This document shows positions 9,387 through 18,769 of a stretch of 64,000 bases of DNA, piece by piece. The notes under the pieces were generated by a model. That model worked only from the letters and a program-made list of their open reading frames with translations. It did not search any database and had not been told where the DNA came from. Origin of the DNA: an uncultured Granulosicoccaceae bacterium (GTDB taxonomy: Bacteria; Pseudomonadota; Gammaproteobacteria; Granulosicoccales; Granulosicoccaceae); contig CALIMV010000008.1 in the NCBI GenBank assembly GCA_938045275.1, forward strand, positions 1,375 through 65,374, written 5' to 3'. The translations under genes were made by a program, and so were the position numbers. The stretch's first letter is position 1, and the number at the start of each line of letters is the position of its first letter.

Positions 9387-10898
9387 ATGCGACTCAACGT
9401 TAACCACTCCAAGGGCATGCACATTGTTTTTATACGCCTGCTGCTCTTGGTCGTTACCGCCACACTGTCGACATTGTCGTTCGCCCAACCCGACGTAACC
9501 AATCCTCCAGCCAATTCCACGCTTGCAGGCACCAAGCAAGTATTTAGCTGGACAGCTGACGATATTGACGTTGAACGTTGGTGGCTCTATGTTGGTACGT
9601 CTCCCGGTTCCTCAGATATTTCCAACTCTGGAGATTTGGGTACAAGCACTGAATACAATGTCATTGGCATTCCAGTGGATGGCACTACAGTACACACCAG
9701 GCTGTGGTACTTCAATTCGTCACAGTGGCGCTATACCGACAGCGAGTTCACAGCAGCCATGTTGGATGATGTGCAGACACCTGCCATGACCAGTCCTGCA
9801 GGCGGTGAAATGCTGGTCAACGGCCGTGCTGATTTTAATTGGGCAGACAACAATACAGCGGTAAATTACTGGTGGCTCTATCTTGGTAGCCGTCAAGGCC
9901 ACTTTGATCTTTACAATTCAGGGCCATCCATAAGAGACAAAAATTCCGTAACTGTCGATCAGTTGCCCACTGATGGAACGCTTGTGCATGCTCGGTTGTG
10001 GTTTCGAACAACCGCTAATGGGTGGCAGTATACCGACTACACCTACGGGACCACCGATGATGAACCCGGCTGTATTACGAATGGCGGTCTTGCTGGCGAT
10101 ACGGGTTTGAAAACCTGGTGCTGGAATGACGTGCCAGTGGCGTCTGGGCAGCCTGGCGTTGATACGCATTTCAGCGATCGACAGCTAGTGATTGATGCAG
10201 AATGCAATTCTTATCAGGTGACGAATCAGAGAGATCGTTTACGATTCCGACTAGACCTTAACCAACCACCTGCAAGTTGGTGTACCAACGCCTACAACTT
10301 TCGCGCTGAAGTCCGGACAGCACCTTGGCGAATAAATCATGAGAATGGTACCGAAGAGTGGTTTGGCTGGAGTTACACATTCGGCGATGAATACATAGCT
10401 GATAAAGAAAATCCATGGGCGCTGTTTCAAGTGCATGAAGGGACGGTTGGTGAGAGCCCTATGGTGAGTATTGCGGCTAGCGAGGAAAATGGGCCAGGCA
10501 GTGGTGTGGCCGGTGAGCTACATATAGTCAACGCCACAGGAGAACCGTTTAACACGTACGACGCAACGGGTGTTGTGCCAACGGCTGGCCAGAAAATAGA
10601 TATTGTTGTTCATGTTGTCTGGGGAGATGACAATACCGGATTGATGCAAGTGTGGATGGATGGCGAGCAAGTCTACTCTGAGCAAACAAGAACAGTACAC
10701 CCTTTCAATCCAGTAGGCGGAAACGCCAAGTTCGGCATGTACAAATGGTGGTGGAGAGGCCAGCAGGGCGTTCAAGATTCTTTAGATCTGGGTATTGATC
10801 ACATGGAGGCATTCATGGGGCCGCTGAGAATTCTGACACGCCAAGTTGATGATCCAGATTATCTGAAGAATTCGTATCAGGCAGTTGCTCCCAGGTAA
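9387..10898 (+). CDS. Secreted protein: two FN3/Ig-like modules plus a polysaccharide lyase (heparin lyase I-like jelly-roll) domain
   Basis: Signal peptide ending SFA-Q, two WWLY(V/L)G modules, and C-terminal RAEV, WFGWS, LFQVH, VWMDG and KFGMYK motifs. ORF track starts at 9351. Confidence 0.7.
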   Translation: MRLNVNHSKGMHIVFIRLLLLVVTATLSTLSFAQPDVTNPPANSTLAGTKQVFSWTADDIDVERWWLYVGTSPGSSDISNSGDLGTSTEYNVIGIPVDGTTVHTRLWYFNSSQWRYTDSEFTAAMLDDVQTPAMTSPAGGEMLVNGRADFNWADNNTAVNYWWLYLGSRQGHFDLYNSGPSIRDKNSVTVDQLPTDGTLVHARLWFRTTANGWQYTDYTYGTTDDEPGCITNGGLAGDTGLKTWCWNDVPVASGQPGVDTHFSDRQLVIDAECNSYQVTNQRDRLRFRLDLNQPPASWCTNAYNFRAEVRTAPWRINHENGTEEWFGWSYTFGDEYIADKENPWALFQVHEGTVGESPMVSIAASEENGPGSGVAGELHIVNATGEPFNTYDATGVVPTAGQKIDIVVHVVWGDDNTGLMQVWMDGEQVYSEQTRTVHPFNPVGGNAKFGMYKWWWRGQQGVQDSLDLGIDHMEAFMGPLRILTRQVDDPDYLKNSYQAVAPR

Positions 10899-11153
10899 CC
10901 AATTTATCCAGGCAGCACGAGCAAGAGTAAGAGCGGGTAGAAAAACAGTGATGTATCGGCCCTGCGCACTTTCAGCAATGGATGAAATTAGATAGTTCAA
11001 ATTGAATGCCACGCGTGTTTATAGCTGTGAACTGTGACCACAGACGGTACAAACAGTTAGACACGCATCACTCAGAAATCTGTGTTACAGGCCGATTACT
11101 GCCTATCTCATGACGAATGTCAGTCTGGGCTCACCGACGTGGACAACTGAAAA

Positions 11154-12608
11154 ATGGACTTTTTTGAAACCCAGAACGATTCACGTCGGCATTCTACATT
11201 ATTGCTTGCCGCATTTGCCGTGGTGTTAATTGTTTGTTTTTTGGTTATTTATTGGTACGCGAGTACGGCGGCCGGTATCTTGCAAAAAATCAATCCAGAC
11301 TTGAATCTCACTTTGACAAAGCTTGTGCTTATCAGTCCAATGGCGCTGGTAATCATTAGTGGATGCTATAAACGTTGGCAAGATGTTTCCAATGGTGGGC
11401 ATCAATTGGCAACGCGCCTGGGTGCCATACTCATCGAGCGTAATGGTAAACAACGGAAACACACTCAACTACTGAATGTGGTCGAGGAAATGTCGGTAGC
11501 CGCAGGTATATCACCACCTGACAGTTATGTTCTGAACAATGAAAGTTCCATCAACGCATTTGTAGCAGGTAATAGCGATCACACCGTTTTGGTGGTTACG
11601 CTTGGCGCAATGGAAAAACTGAATGAGTTGGAACTTCGAGCAGTTGTTGCTCATGAAATCGCACATATTGAAAGTGGTGACTTAGATCTATCCATGAAGC
11701 TGCTAATCGCGCTTGGTGGGCTGAATGCAATCAGCGAGGCTGGTTATGCTTGCTTCCGGAAAACTCAATTCAAAATAAACGATAACCCTTACACTCGTTC
11801 AAGTGGTAAGCATAATTTTGCGTTCGCCTATGTGGCACTTGTCATAGTGGGGTTACTTCTGTGTGTGCTTGGTGGTGTGTTTAGCTTTATGGGGAATGTG
11901 CTAAAAGCCGCTTTCACGAGAAAGCGTGAACTACTTGCAGATGCCAAGGCTGTTCAATACACCAGGAATACTTGGGGTATGGCCAGTGCGCTGAACAAGA
12001 TTGCCCAAAATAAAACTGCACATGGGTTGTATTCAAAGTACGCTGCGCAAATAGCTCATATGTGCATTGATGCGCCGTCGTTACATTTTCTATTTCCGCA
12101 ATCGCTTGCAACGCACCCAACCTTAGCGTCACGCATCAGCGCAATAGAGCCGCACTTCGATGTTAAAAGCAGAAAAAAAGAATCGAAAACAGATAGAAAA
12201 TCAAAGAGTCCTGCCACCGGCGTCACCAGGACAGTTGTTACGCCTGAATCCGTCACCGAGGTGGGCGTACGTGCAATGAACGATTGCCTTCCAGAGCTGG
12301 CAATCCTGATCTCAACAATCGTTCAGGCGTCAGGTAACAATGAGGAAAATAACGAGCGTAAATATCAAAGTACATTAAAGTGCTATACAAGCCAGTCAAT
12401 CCCTATGCATAGAGTAGATAAATCGACCATAACTGTTGATCTTGAACATGCTTTGGATTGCCTGTTTCAGCTACCTGTTAACCAAAAACAGAATCTGCTG
12501 GATCACCTGGCTGAACTTGTTGAGCATGATGGTATACATATGGAAGCTGAAACCAGATTACTGGACCATGTTTATCGACGTTTAAATCCGATTGATAAGG
12601 CAGCTTAG
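11154..12608 (+). CDS. M48 (HtpX-like) membrane Zn metalloprotease with C-terminal helical extension
   Basis: MDFFE start, NVVEEMSVAAG, INAF, HEIAH, RELLADA, THP. Confidence 0.9.
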   Translation: MDFFETQNDSRRHSTLLLAAFAVVLIVCFLVIYWYASTAAGILQKINPDLNLTLTKLVLISPMALVIISGCYKRWQDVSNGGHQLATRLGAILIERNGKQRKHTQLLNVVEEMSVAAGISPPDSYVLNNESSINAFVAGNSDHTVLVVTLGAMEKLNELELRAVVAHEIAHIESGDLDLSMKLLIALGGLNAISEAGYACFRKTQFKINDNPYTRSSGKHNFAFAYVALVIVGLLLCVLGGVFSFMGNVLKAAFTRKRELLADAKAVQYTRNTWGMASALNKIAQNKTAHGLYSKYAAQIAHMCIDAPSLHFLFPQSLATHPTLASRISAIEPHFDVKSRKKESKTDRKSKSPATGVTRTVVTPESVTEVGVRAMNDCLPELAILISTIVQASGNNEENNERKYQSTLKCYTSQSIPMHRVDKSTITVDLEHALDCLFQLPVNQKQNLLDHLAELVEHDGIHMEAETRLLDHVYRRLNPIDKAA

Positions 12609-12695
12609 AAAGTATTCGGAAAGTGTCCGAAAATTGGGCGAACGAGAACATCAATTCTTTGTGTCCTCGTCAGCCGCCCTTTGATAAGTCGGTTA

Positions 12696-13700
12696 TTATC
12701 TACCGAACGGGCTCCACCTACCGCTAAAAAGGTCTCCTACATCATCAACAAACTCATCTGCCGCGTGAATACCATCAGTGACAACATTGGCCCCTGCATC
12801 TAAGCCCGCTTCACCAAATTCACGTCCAACCTCAAAGCCGCCTTCAACAACCTCTATAGGGCTAAGTCCAGAGCTAATGATTTCGTCTGTGGCTTCGAAC
12901 ACTTCAGAACGGATTTCATTTTGCGTCCCTTGAATCTTGTCAATGAAGGGTTCAAGATCTTCTACCGTAATGCCGGCTGCAGTTAAGTCTTGGAACGCAC
13001 CTTTGGCTTCGACTTCTGCAATGTCGTTGTCGATATTTTCCAGTGCGGATGTCAATTCAGATGAAGCTACGGGCAACGGACCGCTCAGTAATGCATCCCT
13101 TTGTTCTGTTAGCTCAGCATGGGTTTGTAGTAAATAGTACCCCTGAACAACCTCAGCCTGCTGTTCAATATTGAATGAATCGAAGTTATCAACATCGTCT
13201 AACAAGTCAGTGTCGATGTCATAGTTGGATGAATCGCGAGCAAGCGTTGCACCTTCCAGTTGCACGCCAATTCCCTTGGTGTTCTGGTATTGCCACACAT
13301 GTGCAAGTTCATGAATGAAAGTGCCGCGATCTTTTGGACTGTCAAGATTAAACCCGTTGGGAAAGTTAATGGTGTTTCCGAGAACGAACGGACGTGCGTT
13401 GTCATTACCAGGGTCGTATTGGCTTAAACTTGACAGCACCGAAGATTCGTTAACTTTGACTCTATCAAGATCGATTGAATCGCCGTAATATTCTTCGGCA
13501 ATGGCTCGCTCTTGTTCGGTTAGTCCTCGTGTGTTTGATTGAAGTGCGGTATTGGTGATTTCTGCTACTTCGGAGGTGAATACGTTTGCGCGTTGTTCTG
13601 CTCTGTCGACTGCGAAATTTTTCGCTTGCTCGATCGGATCGATCACGCTATTTATAGCATTGGTGATACCGGCTATTCGACCTATGCCTGGAATACTCAT
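12696..13700 (-). CDS. Acidic zincin-like metallopeptidase-domain protein (DUF4157/Rhs-associated type)
   Basis: GGAG RBS before ATG 13700. RGLTEQE...IDLDRVKV...LGNTINF...FIHELAHVWQYQ...NIEQQAE. Confidence 0.75.
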   Translation of the reverse strand: MSIPGIGRIAGITNAINSVIDPIEQAKNFAVDRAEQRANVFTSEVAEITNTALQSNTRGLTEQERAIAEEYYGDSIDLDRVKVNESSVLSSLSQYDPGNDNARPFVLGNTINFPNGFNLDSPKDRGTFIHELAHVWQYQNTKGIGVQLEGATLARDSSNYDIDTDLLDDVDNFDSFNIEQQAEVVQGYYLLQTHAELTEQRDALLSGPLPVASSELTSALENIDNDIAEVEAKGAFQDLTAAGITVEDLEPFIDKIQGTQNEIRSEVFEATDEIISSGLSPIEVVEGGFEVGREFGEAGLDAGANVVTDGIHAADEFVDDVGDLFSGRWSPFGR

Positions 13701-13768
13701 CAGTTTCTCTCCATTATCGTGTTGATATGTGTAATAGCTACAACGAGACAACAGAGAAAAAGTTTTTA

Positions 13769-13858
13769 CATTGCTATTGCATGCATTGTTGTTGCATGCA
13801 TTGTTGTTGCATGAATAGTTAATACATGAATTGTTAATGTATGAATTGTTAATGTATT
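13769..13858. repeat. Intergenic 15-bp tandem repeat x6 (CATTGTTGTTGCATG drifting to AATTGTTAATGTATG)
   Basis: Read directly from the sequence. Confidence 0.9.
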
Positions 13859-13887
13859 AATGTGAAGCCGGATGTGTAATTTTTAAC

Positions 13888-13902
13888 CAGGGAAATCCCC
13901 TA
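13888..13902. promoter_or_regulatory. Palindrome copy 2 (minus strand TAGGGGATTTCCCTG)
   Basis: About 190 nt upstream of the zincin gene start. Confidence 0.5.
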
Positions 13903-13912
13903 TAGCAATACG

Positions 13913-13999
13913 TTATCTGCCAACGGTATGATCAGCGTGTTTCACGCTTGGTTGCTGCGCAATTCCGGTAAGTGTTTCGTGTTTGACTACCGAGTTTAT
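13913..13999 (-). pseudogene. Decayed second LysM repeat after the in-frame TAG of the LysM gene
   Basis: In-frame continuation INSVVKHETLTGIAQQ matches the first LysM YEVKKHDTLAGIASV. Confidence 0.6.
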
Positions 14000-14506
14000 C
14001 TACGACTGCGCATTGCCTGTAACACTATCACCAGGATTTCCATTGTCCTGTGGTCTGGAAACAGTGATACGATCGCCAGGTTGAATCTGATCTGTGTTTT
14101 TAATTTGCGGATTCAATGCGCGCAATTCGCTTAAATCCATTTTATGTACGGATGCAATGCCGGCAAGTGTGTCGTGTTTTTTCACTTCATACGTGCTGGG
14201 TTGTGACTGCTGCGCATTGTTGAATCGGGTTGGCTGCGCGCTACTGGCTTGGACTGTTGAAAATGGATTGGCAAGCAAAGGCTCGCTCAACAAGCTAGTC
14301 ATCGGGCCCGGTGTGGCGAAATTTGCCGGATTACGTAACTCATCTGATGCTGGAGCCCCGGCGCCGTTATGCTGATCGCCGCCTGAGTTGGCCTCATTCA
14401 GAAGGGCCTGCAGAGGCGTTTGCGATAGTTCCAACCCAGCTTTATCGTCGTCGCGCTCTTGGGAAAGGCCAGTGGATAGTTGTGTGCTTTGATTTACAGT
14501 GTTCAT
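14000..14506 (-). CDS. LysM domain protein with low-complexity N-terminus (probably truncated)
   Basis: YEVKKHDTLAGIA...LSELRALNPQIKNTDQIQPGDRITV; GAGG RBS upstream. Confidence 0.8.
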   Translation of the reverse strand: MNTVNQSTQLSTGLSQERDDDKAGLELSQTPLQALLNEANSGGDQHNGAGAPASDELRNPANFATPGPMTSLLSEPLLANPFSTVQASSAQPTRFNNAQQSQPSTYEVKKHDTLAGIASVHKMDLSELRALNPQIKNTDQIQPGDRITVSRPQDNGNPGDSVTGNAQS

Positions 14507-14549
14507 TTAAGATCCTCATACCTCGTTGTCGGTGCTCTCAATAAACTAC

Positions 14550-14640
14550 GATCTGCTAAACAAGATCTGCTAAACAAGACCTGCTAAACAAGACCTGCTA
14601 AATAAGACCTGCTAAATAAGACTGCCAAAATAAGACCAGC
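14550..14640. repeat. Intergenic 14-bp tandem repeat x6.5 (GAYCTGCTAAAYAA)
   Basis: Read directly from the sequence; the last units are degenerate. Confidence 0.95.
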
Positions 14641-14772
14641 CATTAAGCTAAGGGGTCTGTTTACAGCATGCTTGCCCGAAAAGTGGCCATTAAGCCTCTA
14701 ATTTGCCCCAATTTCAAAACAGCGCGCAGGCGCCTCGTGGAGATGTTATCGGCTCTTAATAATTTTGGAAAC

Positions 14773-14786
14773 TAGGGGATACCCTA
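14773..14786. promoter_or_regulatory. Palindrome copy 3, TAGGGGATACCCTA
   Basis: About 270 nt upstream of the LysM gene start. Confidence 0.5.
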
Positions 14787-14869
14787 AATTTTCGACAACT
14801 AGTAAAAAAGGCTAGGATATCTGTTGGCAAGGCGATGCACCAAAACCACGTAATTCACGACTGATGCCG

Positions 14870-17800
14870 CTAGATTTCGACAACCGAGCAATCATCAAAC
14901 TGAGCGGTATCTTCTGAATACAAAGTCACAGCACCAATTCTGCCGTCAAATGGGGTGAATAGCTGAGCCTTATAGGATTGAAAAAAATCTCGACCTATTG
15001 GCTTATGGTCACTGGCCAATGTGGTGTACGACTCATTCATTAACGTTAAAGACAGGCTCGAATAATTTGTTGCAGCCGACTTTGATAGACAGGACAACTC
15101 GTATGTTTTACCCGGCGTTAATGGAAACTCCTGATATATGCAACCGGCGTTTTGCACCTGCATAGCGATTGCGCCATTAGCCGAATCGCTCGTTGTGCCG
15201 GTCAGTTCCGGCCTTGAACAATCTGTCCAGTTCGTTTTCCCGTTTTCGAAATCACCATTGCTGATAAGACTGTTGTCTGGTGATGCCGGTGGTTCGGTTG
15301 GTGGCGTGGTTGTTGGTGTGCCTTCCTGAATGAGTTCGCATCGATCAAAATAGGCTGTGCCTTCGCTGTATAGCGTGACGCTGCCATAAAATGAATTTAC
15401 CGGTGCTGTAAGTGAAATAGGTTGCTGTTCGAAATCGGCAGATTCAACTACTACACTCGCGCTGGTTAATTCGGCATAGTTTGCATCCAGCATTTGCAGA
15501 GACAAGCTGGAGTATTCTAACGGCCCACCGCGTGAATGACAGTTCAGGGAATAGTTTGTACCAGGCTGTACTGACACTGTTTGGTATAAACAACCGCCAG
15601 TGTTAACTTTCATGCCGGTCCTACCTTCAACACTGGTACTTGAAGCCGCTGTCTTATCGGTGGCGGCGCAATCAAACCAAGCTTGTTTTCCAGCTTCGAA
15701 CCCACCGTTAGTTAGCAATGTGTTGGCCGATAGTGGGGGTAGTTGCGGGTTTGGATTTACTGGTGGAGCTGGTGGTGCTGCATCGACACCGAGTTGAACC
15801 ATGTGCGCGTGGGACGGTGTGCCATTGGCATTATGCGCGAACATCATGTAATAGCCAGGGGGTGCCACATTGCCTGACGCGGGCATAGTCACTGAAAGCG
15901 CGTTTGCATTGAGTGCAAAGTCCAATTCAAGAAATCGCTGATCCATATTGAAACCGTGCGTAGTTGAGCCTGTCTTTACCAACGTAATTTTTTCTATATC
16001 GCCGTTGTTACCGGTACGAATGTCTACGCTTTGACCCCATGTTGCCTTATCCGGAGCGTATGAAACTATCGGCCGATCAGCCAACGTACCGTTTTTATCG
16101 TAGAGATACGGCGGTGAAAAAATCTCACCATTGCGATTATTAAGCGGGCCAGGTGAACCGCCTCCGGCAAGCAGTACACGGCCATCCATTAGCAATGTTG
16201 CTGTGGAGTGATAAAGACGCGACAATTCATGGCGTGAGTACTGTATCCATTTACCCGTGTCCGGGTCCCATACCTCAGTACCGTGCGAGGCGGTGATATC
16301 ATCATTTACTTCATAACTGCCGCCAACCATCATGACCTTTCCATCGGCAAGTAGTACTGTGGTTGCCCAGGCTCGTCTAGGTTGAGCAAGGTCTTCTGTG
16401 CGTGAGACAGAGGGCGTTCCGGATGTAACATCAATAACGACTGCACCTATTCCATGATTCGAGAAGCCACCTGCATGGATAATTTTTCCTGGCTCAAACA
16501 TGGCAGCTGTTGCGGATGTTCCGAACGAGTGCCCCGGTAGCTGACCAACATCGTTGATGCTTCCGTTACCATCAGTAGACATGATGTACATGGCTCTTCC
16601 GGAAACACCAAAGACCTTGCCATTTGGAATAACAAATTGACGGGGATAGAAAAATTGATAAGCAGACATACTGGCGTTATTCAATAATCGCCATGTTCCG
16701 TTTGCTGTTGAATAGACTTCCGGTGTTTCGGTGAAAACTGCATCGCCATCGCGCCCGGCAGAAACCAGAATGTCGCCGCTGGGTAAGGTAGTCGATGTTG
16801 GATACCAACGTTCATGATTCATGTCATTAGCACCGCTGACTGTTTGGGTAACCGCATCGAACAAAGTCGCATCTCGAATGCCAACATTGTTTCGACCCAG
16901 TGGTCGTGCATCGCCGCCGGGTATCAGAACATTCCCCGTATCAGGTAATAGCGATGCAGCACTACAGAATGAATCAACTTGTGCGTTGCCTTGTATGTTT
17001 TTATGCGAAGTCTGACCGATACCCAGAGTTGGGTCCCAAACGTTGTATTCCATAGCGCCCTGGATGCCGCTGCCACCAGTACCATAGGTGAGCAGTTTAC
17101 CGTCGGATAGCATTACTGAATGAATAGCAATATGCGGCCAATCTATTCTGCTTGACCAGCGACCCGCAAATGCCGGGTCTTCATAGCAAACAAGACCCAT
17201 TCGCTCGATAGCAGACTGCGCGTACCCGTAAAACCCGGTTGCGGCAGCGCGATCGGCACATTGTGGCCGAGAAGTAGGTGCGTTACTACCAAGTGTTCCG
17301 ATTGTATTTAATGAAGCTCTTTCACCGATGGTGGTTTGTTCGCCATTCAATTTACGACAATGCAGCTGCAAATAAGCTGGATGTTGGCTTGCTAAGTCAC
17401 TGGTAAAACCGACTACGGCGTGCCCACTTTGGCACACTCGTGAAAACGGCTGACCATTGTTGCTACCAGCAGAAGTTTGTACAGTTGCCGGATTGTCTGT
17501 CCAGTTGCCGCTGCTATTTGCGGTTACGCAGATCGCCTGAATTCGATCCAGACGGTTGGAGTAGTGCCCTGAAACACCTGCCAGAACTTTACCGCCTGTG
17601 CACGCAATTTCGAATTCTGTGCCAACGGCTGCACCGACTGAACCGGTGCGCGAATAAATACGTCCATTAGGCGGTAATGCGAAACCCAAAGAAGGGCCGG
17701 GTTCCCGAATATCTCCAATTTGCGTGTGCAGCGCGTCCAGATCAAAGTCTTCGACTTGCTCAACAGGTGTCGTATCACCATTTGCACTGTCGTCGCCTGA

Positions 17801-17878
17801 ATCACAAGCAGCAAGCACCACGACGGTCAATGCGATGCCAGCGTTAAGTAACAGATGTTTTTTGAAGTCAGTTTTCAT
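14870..17878 (-). CDS. Lipoprotein copper radical oxidase (AA5/galactose oxidase-like): beta-prism lectin-like domain, kelch catalytic domain, DUF1929 and two CBM-like domains
   Basis: Lipobox LAAC. Active-site motifs SFCS, RWYP, RLYHS, TTHGFNMDQR; PPGYYM. Two NLLxNGxFE CBM-type repeats and three Cys-bounded N-terminal repeats. Confidence 0.85.
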   Translation of the reverse strand: MKTDFKKHLLLNAGIALTVVVLAACDSGDDSANGDTTPVEQVEDFDLDALHTQIGDIREPGPSLGFALPPNGRIYSRTGSVGAAVGTEFEIACTGGKVLAGVSGHYSNRLDRIQAICVTANSSGNWTDNPATVQTSAGSNNGQPFSRVCQSGHAVVGFTSDLASQHPAYLQLHCRKLNGEQTTIGERASLNTIGTLGSNAPTSRPQCADRAAATGFYGYAQSAIERMGLVCYEDPAFAGRWSSRIDWPHIAIHSVMLSDGKLLTYGTGGSGIQGAMEYNVWDPTLGIGQTSHKNIQGNAQVDSFCSAASLLPDTGNVLIPGGDARPLGRNNVGIRDATLFDAVTQTVSGANDMNHERWYPTSTTLPSGDILVSAGRDGDAVFTETPEVYSTANGTWRLLNNASMSAYQFFYPRQFVIPNGKVFGVSGRAMYIMSTDGNGSINDVGQLPGHSFGTSATAAMFEPGKIIHAGGFSNHGIGAVVIDVTSGTPSVSRTEDLAQPRRAWATTVLLADGKVMMVGGSYEVNDDITASHGTEVWDPDTGKWIQYSRHELSRLYHSTATLLMDGRVLLAGGGSPGPLNNRNGEIFSPPYLYDKNGTLADRPIVSYAPDKATWGQSVDIRTGNNGDIEKITLVKTGSTTHGFNMDQRFLELDFALNANALSVTMPASGNVAPPGYYMMFAHNANGTPSHAHMVQLGVDAAPPAPPVNPNPQLPPLSANTLLTNGGFEAGKQAWFDCAATDKTAASSTSVEGRTGMKVNTGGCLYQTVSVQPGTNYSLNCHSRGGPLEYSSLSLQMLDANYAELTSASVVVESADFEQQPISLTAPVNSFYGSVTLYSEGTAYFDRCELIQEGTPTTTPPTEPPASPDNSLISNGDFENGKTNWTDCSRPELTGTTSDSANGAIAMQVQNAGCIYQEFPLTPGKTYELSCLSKSAATNYSSLSLTLMNESYTTLASDHKPIGRDFFQSYKAQLFTPFDGRIGAVTLYSEDTAQFDDCSVVEI

Positions 17879-18115
17879 AGGCGTTGATGCGAGCTCGAAC
17901 GGCTTAACGATCGATATTCATGGCCACAGCACAATCGAAATCACGTATAGACGCGCTCGAAGTGGGATTTAGAGGGCATGACGCAAGTTTTATTCCACCG
18001 CGACCGCTGGGCCGAGTGCGTGTGGATGCGTTATTTACGTGGGGAAAGTTGCAGTAACAACATCAAATAGCTTGAAGGAGGGACAGTTAAACGATTTGTT
18101 TTAGCGGGCTTCAGC

Positions 18116-18670
18116 CTAATTCAGACTGGCAAATCGACTTTCTAATTCACTGACAGGTGTCACACCCTGAATTGTGTCGACACGCTTACCTTTGGCATTG
18201 AACAGCAGCAGTGAAATGGTTTCTGCATGGTGTTGTCGCTGAAATTGCAGGCCGTCTCCTGAACTTATATCGGCCACCCGAAATAAGACACCGTCGCGAC
18301 TCTGCAACGCTTTACGAGTGTTATTCATTAAGCGACGGCATAGCTGGCACTTTGGGTCGTGAATTTGCACAACCACAGGTTTACCTTGGCCAATTGAGGT
18401 TAAATCATGTAACCCTTTATTTTGAACATCGTAGCGGTGAATAGCTGCACCAGCTGCGCCCGCGACGGGTAGTGCAATCAACAGCCTGATTGCATTGCGG
18501 CGCGTCAACATCGATTTGTTGCTGGACGGCTTTTTTCCGCGTATCGATGTTGTTGATTTCTTATTCGCTGGCTTGTCGGTCTTGGAATGTTCGGCGGAGC
18601 GGATGTCAGGTGTTTCAGCCTGGCTCTGAAGCTTGCCGGAATTTTTTCGCTGTTTTTTTCGTTTGCTCAT
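18116..18670 (-). CDS. Membrane-anchored thioredoxin-like protein
   Basis: Basic N-tail, TRRNAI plus hydrophobic segment, GKPVVVQIHDPKCQLC. ORF track starts at 18754. Confidence 0.7.
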   Translation of the reverse strand: MSKRKKQRKNSGKLQSQAETPDIRSAEHSKTDKPANKKSTTSIRGKKPSSNKSMLTRRNAIRLLIALPVAGAAGAAIHRYDVQNKGLHDLTSIGQGKPVVVQIHDPKCQLCRRLMNNTRKALQSRDGVLFRVADISSGDGLQFQRQHHAETISLLLFNAKGKRVDTIQGVTPVSELESRFASLN

Positions 18671-18769
18671 AGTAAAGAGAAACGAATGTGCAATCGATTT
18701 GATTGCGTGATAACCAGGGTTAGCGTTTGCTTGCCTCGTAATTGCGAGGCTCATCTCAAAAAAACTGGT

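Noticed and set aside
14550-14640. CRISPR array
   Set aside because: Contiguous 14-bp units with no spacers and no cas genes; a plain tandem repeat. The same applies to 13769-13858.
18733-18750. Hairpin GCCTCG...CGAGGC as an intrinsic terminator
   Set aside because: No U-tract after the stem on either strand; role unclear.
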